Position numbers and translations under genes: made by a program. The notes under the pieces are model-generated. The model made no database searches. It was not told where the DNA came from and was given only the letters and a program-made list of their open reading frames with translations. Of a stretch of 49,192 nucleotides of DNA, positions 44,430-49,192 are shown in pieces; position 1 is the stretch's first letter; every line of letters starts with the position of its first letter. The DNA comes from Nitrospiria bacterium (GTDB lineage: Bacteria; Nitrospirota; Nitrospiria; JACQBZ01), in the NCBI GenBank assembly GCA_919901335.1, contig CAKKOZ010000088.1, positions 34,291 through 83,482 on the forward strand, read 5' to 3'.

Positions 44430-45539
44430 ATGATGTCTAAAATGATGACCGATGAGATCTATATGCGCCGGGCGCTTGAGTTGGCCGGGAAGGCCCGGGG
44501 CCGGACGAGTCCCAATCCAATGGTCGGCGCGGTCGTGGTCCGGGCCGGTGGCGTGGTGGGTGAAGGTTACCATCGGCGTGCCGGCGGACCTCATGCCGAG
44601 GTCATTGCCTTGAAGAAGGCCGGCCCTAAGGCCAAAGACGCCACGCTCTATCTCAATCTTGAGCCCTGCGGCCATCTCGACAAACGCACCCCGCCCTGCG
44701 TGCCGCTCATAATGAAAAGTCAAATTAAGCGAATCGTCATCGCCATGCGGGATCCCAATCCCAAGGTAAACGGGAAGGGTATCGCGTTTCTGCGTCGTGC
44801 CGGGGTTCAGGTCACGGAAGGAATCTTGAAACGGGAAGCCCTGCGACTCAATGAAATATATGTCAAGTATATTACGACCGGCTTGCCGTTCGTGATCTCG
44901 AAGACCGCGATGAGCCTTGATGGGAAAATTGCATCGTCGAACGGTTCGACGACCTGGATCACGGGCGGGAAGGCCCGGTGGGAGGCCCACCGCCTCCGGA
45001 ATCAAGTGGACGCTGTTTGGGTCGGGATCAACACTGTTTTGACGGACGATCCCCGGCTGACCACGCGCCTTCCCGGAGGAAAAGGCCGTGACGCCCACCG
45101 TGTCGTCGTTGACAGCACACTGAAACTTCCGTTGACCGCCCGTCTGTTGACCCAACAATCAAAAGCCAAAACGATTATTGCAACCACCCGGCGCGCCCAT
45201 CCCGACAAAATACGCGCGCTTGTACAAGCAGGCGCGACGGTTTTAATCGTCAAAGATCGGGACAGGCGGGTTGATCTTTCCGAGCTGATGACCGAGCTCG
45301 GTCGGATGGGGATCACCAGCATATTGATCGAGGGCGGGGGTGCGGTGAACGCGTCGGCATTTCGCTCCGGTATCGTGGACAAGCTCATCTGGTTTATCGC
45401 GCCTAAAATTATCGGACGAAAGGACGCCGTGGCCGTTCTGGAAAGACCCGCGCGGACGGATTCGAATCAAACCATCCTGGTCCGCGACCTTTCTGTGATA
45501 CGGGTCGGAGAGGATTTCATGCTGGAGGGCTATTTGTGA
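44430..45539 (+). CDS. ribD: Bifunctional riboflavin biosynthesis deaminase/reductase RibD
   Basis: MRRALELA...NPMVGAVVV, the zinc motifs HAEVIAL and LEPCGH...PPC, and a C-terminal reductase domain containing SLDGKIA. Confidence 0.9.
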   Translation: MMSKMMTDEIYMRRALELAGKARGRTSPNPMVGAVVVRAGGVVGEGYHRRAGGPHAEVIALKKAGPKAKDATLYLNLEPCGHLDKRTPPCVPLIMKSQIKRIVIAMRDPNPKVNGKGIAFLRRAGVQVTEGILKREALRLNEIYVKYITTGLPFVISKTAMSLDGKIASSNGSTTWITGGKARWEAHRLRNQVDAVWVGINTVLTDDPRLTTRLPGGKGRDAHRVVVDSTLKLPLTARLLTQQSKAKTIIATTRRAHPDKIRALVQAGATVLIVKDRDRRVDLSELMTELGRMGITSILIEGGGAVNASAFRSGIVDKLIWFIAPKIIGRKDAVAVLERPARTDSNQTILVRDLSVIRVGEDFMLEGYL

Positions 45540-46426
45540 AAATTTTTGTGACCGGCGGCACCGGTTTTGTCGGCCGGGAGGTGGTCCGTCAACTTTGCGG
45601 GGCCGGACATAAGGTCGGTTGTCTTGTCCGCGATGTCGAGCGTGCAAAAGGGCTTCTGCCGGCGGCGGTCGTGCTGCATCCGGGGGATCTGACCGAGCCG
45701 TCCGGCCTTCGGGCCGGTTTAAAAGAATACGAGGCGGTGGTCCATCTCGTCGGGATCATTGTCGAGAAAGGCCGGTCAACGTTCGAACGGATCCATGCCC
45801 AGGGAACGGCTGATCTGGTACGGGCCGCGACGGAGGCCGGAATCCGGCGGTTCGTTCATATGAGCGCGCTGGGCAGCCGCCCGAACGCGGTCAGCCGTTA
45901 TCATCAGACTAAGTATCAGGCCGAGAAGACCGTGATCCAAAGCGGGCTGGACTGGACGATCTTCCGGCCATCCGTGATCTTCGGACCGGGTGATCAATTT
46001 GTGAATCTCCTGGCCCGGATCATCCGACTCGCGCCTGTCATTCCGATCGTTGGACAAGGAACGAGCCGGCTTCAGCCGATCAGCGTGCGGAATGTGGCGT
46101 CCTGTTTTGCGCTTGCGATCGGCAATCCCTTGAGCTATCGGAAGGCCTACGACCTCGGCGGACCTCAGGCCCTGACGTATAATCAGATCGGCCAAATCAT
46201 TGCCGACGTCCTTGAGAAAAAGAAAAAGGCCGTTCATATTCCGGTGCCCCTGGTCAAACCGGTCGCGTTGATCTCGGAATGGTTTTTGCCCAACCCGCCG
46301 ATCACGCAGGAGCAGTTGATCCTGCTTCAGGAGGATCATGTCTGCGATCCAACCGACGCGGTTCATGACTTTGATCTGGCGCTGCAGCGTTTTGAAGCAG
46401 GGATACGCGAATTTCTTAAACCATAA
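45536..46426 (+). CDS. NAD(P)-binding SDR/epimerase-family protein (NDUFA9-like)
   Basis: MKIFVTGGTGFVGREVV Rossmann motif and a YHQTK (YxxxK) motif. GTGA overlap with ribD. Confidence 0.7.
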   Translation: MKIFVTGGTGFVGREVVRQLCGAGHKVGCLVRDVERAKGLLPAAVVLHPGDLTEPSGLRAGLKEYEAVVHLVGIIVEKGRSTFERIHAQGTADLVRAATEAGIRRFVHMSALGSRPNAVSRYHQTKYQAEKTVIQSGLDWTIFRPSVIFGPGDQFVNLLARIIRLAPVIPIVGQGTSRLQPISVRNVASCFALAIGNPLSYRKAYDLGGPQALTYNQIGQIIADVLEKKKKAVHIPVPLVKPVALISEWFLPNPPITQEQLILLQEDHVCDPTDAVHDFDLALQRFEAGIREFLKP

Positions 46427-46516
46427 AAATAAGGATGATGTTCAGATAATTAAAACTATTAGGTTATTTCTTAGTTTATATTCGGACGGTTTGGTTCTGA
46501 GGAATGACATTATTCC

Positions 46517-47695
46517 ATGAAGCCGAAGACTGCTTATGAATCGTCCTTCCGACTGCTCTGTGTCATCAGCCTGCTGGCTTTTATCAGCTACGACCTGATC
46601 CGCTCGCCTCTGCTGCCCCTGTTTGCGGAGCGGCTTGGGGCACGGCCGGAAGCGATCGGCCTGATCGTGGGCATCTCGACCGTCACCGGCATCCTCTTCA
46701 AGCTCCCGGCCGGAACGGTATCGGACCTTCTCGGCCGCCGCCGGCTTCTTTTAATCGGGCTGTCCGTTTTCGCCATTGCGCCGTATTTCTATTTCGGGGT
46801 GACCCAGGTCTGGCAGCTCACCGTCCTACGCGCCTTTCACGGGCTGGCTACCGCGATCTTTGCGCCGGTCGCGATGGCGGTGGTGGTGGACCTGTTCCGC
46901 GAGGGACGGGGAGAGGCGTTGAGCTGGTATTCCTCCTTCAGCCAGGCCGGCCGTTTATCGGGCCGGACGGTCGGGGGATATCTCCTGGTCTGGTTCGGTT
47001 TTTATCAAACCTTTGCAATCAGCGCCGTGATCGGTCTAATGCTCATCGCGCTTTTTTTGACGTTAAAACTTCCGGAAGATCAACCCGCGGCGCTGGTCGT
47101 GCGGCACGAGTCCTCCGTGGCGCTTCTCCAGGGCCTCCGGGAAGTGGCGGGCGACCGGCGGGTTTTGATTACGAGCGGCATGGAGGCGATTCAGATGACG
47201 GCATCGGGGGCTCTCATGGCCTTCCTTCCGTTGTACGGGATCAAGGCCGGCCTTCATGCCGGAGAGGTCGGGCTGCTGTTCGGCGCGATGGGCATTGCTT
47301 CGATACTGGCGAAACCGGTGCTGGGCCGGATCTCGGACCGGATCGGCCGCCCTCCGCTGATCATTACGGGTCAACTCATCTGCGCGGCCGTCATGATCGC
47401 GATTCCCTGGACGGCCGGTCTTGCGGGGCTGCTTTTTCTGTCGCTGATCTTCGGTTTTGGCGAGGCTGTGATCGGATCATCCACCTCGGCGATGGTGGCG
47501 GACCGGTGCAAGGAGAAATCGTTGGGCTCGGCGATGGGCGTCTTTGGAACGATCATGGACATCGGCCATGCCGCCGGGCCGATCCTGACCGGATTCCTGA
47601 TCGGGATCTACGGATATGCCGGCGCGTTTTCCGGCATCGGGATTCTTCTGGTCTTAACGACCGTCCTGTTCATGAGAAGTTTCCGGACTGCTTAA
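46517..47695 (+). CDS. MFS transporter
   Basis: 392 aa with about 12 TM segments. MFS motif-A-like GTVSDLLGRRRLLLIG is repeated in the second half as GRISDRIGRPPLII. Confidence 0.8.
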   Translation: MKPKTAYESSFRLLCVISLLAFISYDLIRSPLLPLFAERLGARPEAIGLIVGISTVTGILFKLPAGTVSDLLGRRRLLLIGLSVFAIAPYFYFGVTQVWQLTVLRAFHGLATAIFAPVAMAVVVDLFREGRGEALSWYSSFSQAGRLSGRTVGGYLLVWFGFYQTFAISAVIGLMLIALFLTLKLPEDQPAALVVRHESSVALLQGLREVAGDRRVLITSGMEAIQMTASGALMAFLPLYGIKAGLHAGEVGLLFGAMGIASILAKPVLGRISDRIGRPPLIITGQLICAAVMIAIPWTAGLAGLLFLSLIFGFGEAVIGSSTSAMVADRCKEKSLGSAMGVFGTIMDIGHAAGPILTGFLIGIYGYAGAFSGIGILLVLTTVLFMRSFRTA

Positions 47696-47716
47696 GAGTT
47701 ATTTCCGATCCGCGTT

Positions 47717-47746
47717 TTGACACCCCGAATCGTCCTCTGGTATGAT
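47717..47746 (+). promoter_or_regulatory. Sigma-70-type promoter placing the TSS at or next to the ribE start codon
   Basis: TTGACA (47717-47722), an 18-nt spacer, and TATGAT (47741-47746) with TG at 47738-47739. The ribE ATG is at 47754. Confidence 0.5.
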
Positions 47747-47753
47747 GAAGCGC

Positions 47754-48404
47754 ATGTTTACCGGGATCATTGAAGAAATGGGCGTCGTTCAGGTCTTCGA
47801 CCGTCTGAAGAGGTCGCCCCAATTATCCGTCCTGGCCATGACGGTGATGGAGGATCTGGCCGCGGGCGACAGCATCACGGTGAACGGCGTCTGCCTGACC
47901 GCGACGGGGAGGACGGACAAGAAATTTACGGCAGATGTTTCAGCGGAGACATTGACCGTCACAAATCTGGGCTCGCTGAAGGTGGGTGACGCCGTCAATC
48001 TCGAGCGCGCCGTGCGGGTGAACAGCCGGCTGGGCGGGCATCTTGTGAGCGGGCATGTTGACGGCGTCGGCCTGATCCGGGACCGCCGCCAGGAGGAGGA
48101 CGCATGGCTCCTCACGATCGAAATCCCGAAAGAGCTGCTGCGATACTGCATCAAGAAAGGATCGATCGCCGTTGATGGGATCAGCCTTACGATCAATCAG
48201 GTCACCGATAAAGATATTCAGGTCGCGATTATTCCGCACACCGGCAAGATGACCACTCTCGGACTCAAAGGAGTCGGGACGACAGTCAATATCGAGTGCG
48301 ACCTGATCGGGAAATATCTGGAACGCCTTCTTCTTGAGCGCGGTTCGGAAGGACCTCCGCAAAAAGTCGACCGCGACTACCTCAAGCGCAAAGGCCTTCT
48401 CTAG
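47754..48404 (+). CDS. ribE: Riboflavin synthase (alpha chain)
   Basis: The universal N-terminus is MFTGIIEEMG. Duplicated barrels carry GDSITVNGVCLT and GSIAVDGISLT. The ORF-track start at 47742 lies inside the predicted -10 box. Confidence 0.9.
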   Translation: MFTGIIEEMGVVQVFDRLKRSPQLSVLAMTVMEDLAAGDSITVNGVCLTATGRTDKKFTADVSAETLTVTNLGSLKVGDAVNLERAVRVNSRLGGHLVSGHVDGVGLIRDRRQEEDAWLLTIEIPKELLRYCIKKGSIAVDGISLTINQVTDKDIQVAIIPHTGKMTTLGLKGVGTTVNIECDLIGKYLERLLLERGSEGPPQKVDRDYLKRKGLL

Positions 48405-48412
48405 ATCCGAGC

Positions 48413-48442
48413 TTGACAATCTATTCTGTGGTCTGTTATAGA
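48413..48442 (+). promoter_or_regulatory. Sigma-70-type promoter for the riboswitch-controlled transcript
   Basis: TTGACA (48413-48418), an 18-nt spacer, and TATAGA (48437-48442) with an extended -10 TG at 48434-48435. Confidence 0.55.
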
Positions 48443-48457
48443 TAGCAACACATAAAA

Positions 48458-48604
48458 CATTCAGGTGAAGGGAACCCCGTTAAAATCGGGGGCGGTCCCG
48501 CCGCTGTGAGTGGGGACGAAGCCTGCAAGATGTCACTGTTCTCAAAAGAGAACGGGAAGACGCAGGCGGAGGATGATCCACAAGCCAGAAGACCTGCCTG
48601 AATG
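48458..48604 (+). promoter_or_regulatory. Cobalamin (B12) riboswitch aptamer
   Basis: P1 pairs CATTCAGG (48458-48465) with CCTGAATG (48597-48604). The conserved core is GGTGAAGGGAACCCCGTTAAAATCGGGGGCGGTCCCGCCGCTGTGA. The GTCACTG...GGGAAG element and the B12-box-like AAGCCAGAAGACCTGCC are present. Confidence 0.85.
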
Positions 48605-48670
48605 AGCGGCTCGTTTCTCTCCGACCGAAGAGGGGAGATGAGCCCACCTTAGGGTGAAGAAGCAGGGTGC

Positions 48671-48711
48671 AATCCTCAAGGGCGTTTTCCAGGCCTTTGA
48701 GGATTTTTTTT
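48671..48711 (+). terminator. Intrinsic terminator, likely the riboswitch expression platform
   Basis: A 12-bp stem pairs AATCCTCAAGGG (48671-48682) with CCTTTGAGGATT (48694-48705), including one G-U pair. It is followed by a T8 run (48704-48711), 44 nt before the downstream ATG. Confidence 0.75.
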
Positions 48712-48754
48712 GGATTAATCAGGTCCGCAAACATCAACATAAGGAGGAATTGCA

Positions 48755-49192
48755 ATGTTAAATGTACGTTTTATCGCGCTCGTTGGAATCGTGATCCTGG
48801 CCGCGGTGATGCGCATCATTCCCCACCCGCCGAATTTCACACCTATCTCGGCCATGGCGCTCTTTGGGGGCGCCTCCTTTCCTAACACGGGAGTCGCTTT
48901 TATTGTACCGTTGGCGGCCATGTCTTTGAGCGATCTTTTCCTCGGCGGATTCCATGCCACGATGCCGTTCGTCTACGGCAGCTTTGCGGTGTCTGTCTGC
49001 CTGGGATTGTGGATACGGCAGCGGCCCTCCGTGCTTAGAATAGGCGCTGCGGCACTGATCAGCGCCGTGTTGTTCTTCGTGATCTCGAACTTCGGGGTAT
49101 GGCTCGTCGGGGGTCTTTATCCCAGATCGGCGGAAGGCCTCATCGCCTGTTACGTTGCGGCTATTCCGTTCTTCAGGCAGACCCTCTTGGGA
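48755..49192 (+). CDS. Integral membrane protein, 3'-truncated by the window end, under cobalamin riboswitch control (candidate B12-related transporter)
   Basis: Not in the ORF track because it has no stop. SD AAGGAGG (48741-48747) lies 7 nt before the ATG at 48755. My translation is MLNVRFIALVGIVILAAVMRIIPHPPNFTPISAMALFGGASFPNTGVAFIVPLAAMSLSDLF..., open for 146 codons to the window end, with at least 4 hydrophobic segments. Confidence 0.7.
   Translation, partial: MLNVRFIALVGIVILAAVMRIIPHPPNFTPISAMALFGGASFPNTGVAFIVPLAAMSLSDLFLGGFHATMPFVYGSFAVSVCLGLWIRQRPSVLRIGAAALISAVLFFVISNFGVWLVGGLYPRSAEGLIACYVAAIPFFRQTLLG

Overview
49.2 kb from a GC-rich bacterium with an outer membrane. Hand counts on typical 60-nt stretches give about 60% GC. 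I cannot assign a taxon from the sequence. Almost all genes are on the + strand and tightly packed.

Block 1 (1-12.3 kb): rmlD, a Wzm/Wzt glycan ABC exporter and a complete type II secretion system (gspG-E-F, four minor pseudopilins, L/M/C-like proteins and a lipoprotein-type secretin). These are joined by overlapping start and stop codons.

Block 2 (12.3-14.25 kb): a single gene with strong expression signals (tandem near-consensus promoters, a leader of about 170 nt, a perfect SD and a strong terminator). It encodes a secreted 512-aa Ala/Thr/Val/Ser/Gly-rich protein that I read as a candidate S-layer or major surface protein.

Block 3 (14.3-32.7 kb): a glycan assembly line. It holds two giant multidomain enzymes (1209 and 1307 aa) that fuse glycosyltransferase, methyltransferase, pyruvyltransferase-like and coiled-coil modules. 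It also holds five more glycosyltransferases, a methyltransferase, a MurJ/Wzx-like flippase, a WbaP-type initiating phosphotransferase and a DUF3108 protein. Two of the glycosyltransferase genes are clear low-GC islands.

Block 4 (32.7-35.0 kb): a YkgJ-type Cys-cluster protein and a three-gene coupled operon of unknown function (MinD/ParA-like ATPase, degenerate J-domain plus RodZ-type HTH protein, small zinc-ribbon protein).

Block 5 (35-49.2 kb): housekeeping genes. These are bioA, glyQ-glyS, a small membrane protein, ppdK (with an inserted zinc-ribbon motif), a membrane protein, a UbiE-like methyltransferase, and ribD-SDR-MFS-ribE. The window ends with a cobalamin riboswitch and terminator controlling a membrane-protein gene that runs off the window and is missing from the ORF track.

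I saw no rRNA, tRNA, CRISPR array, transposase or integrase.

The main hypothesis is that blocks 1-3 form one surface-layer module covering secretion, subunit and glycan.
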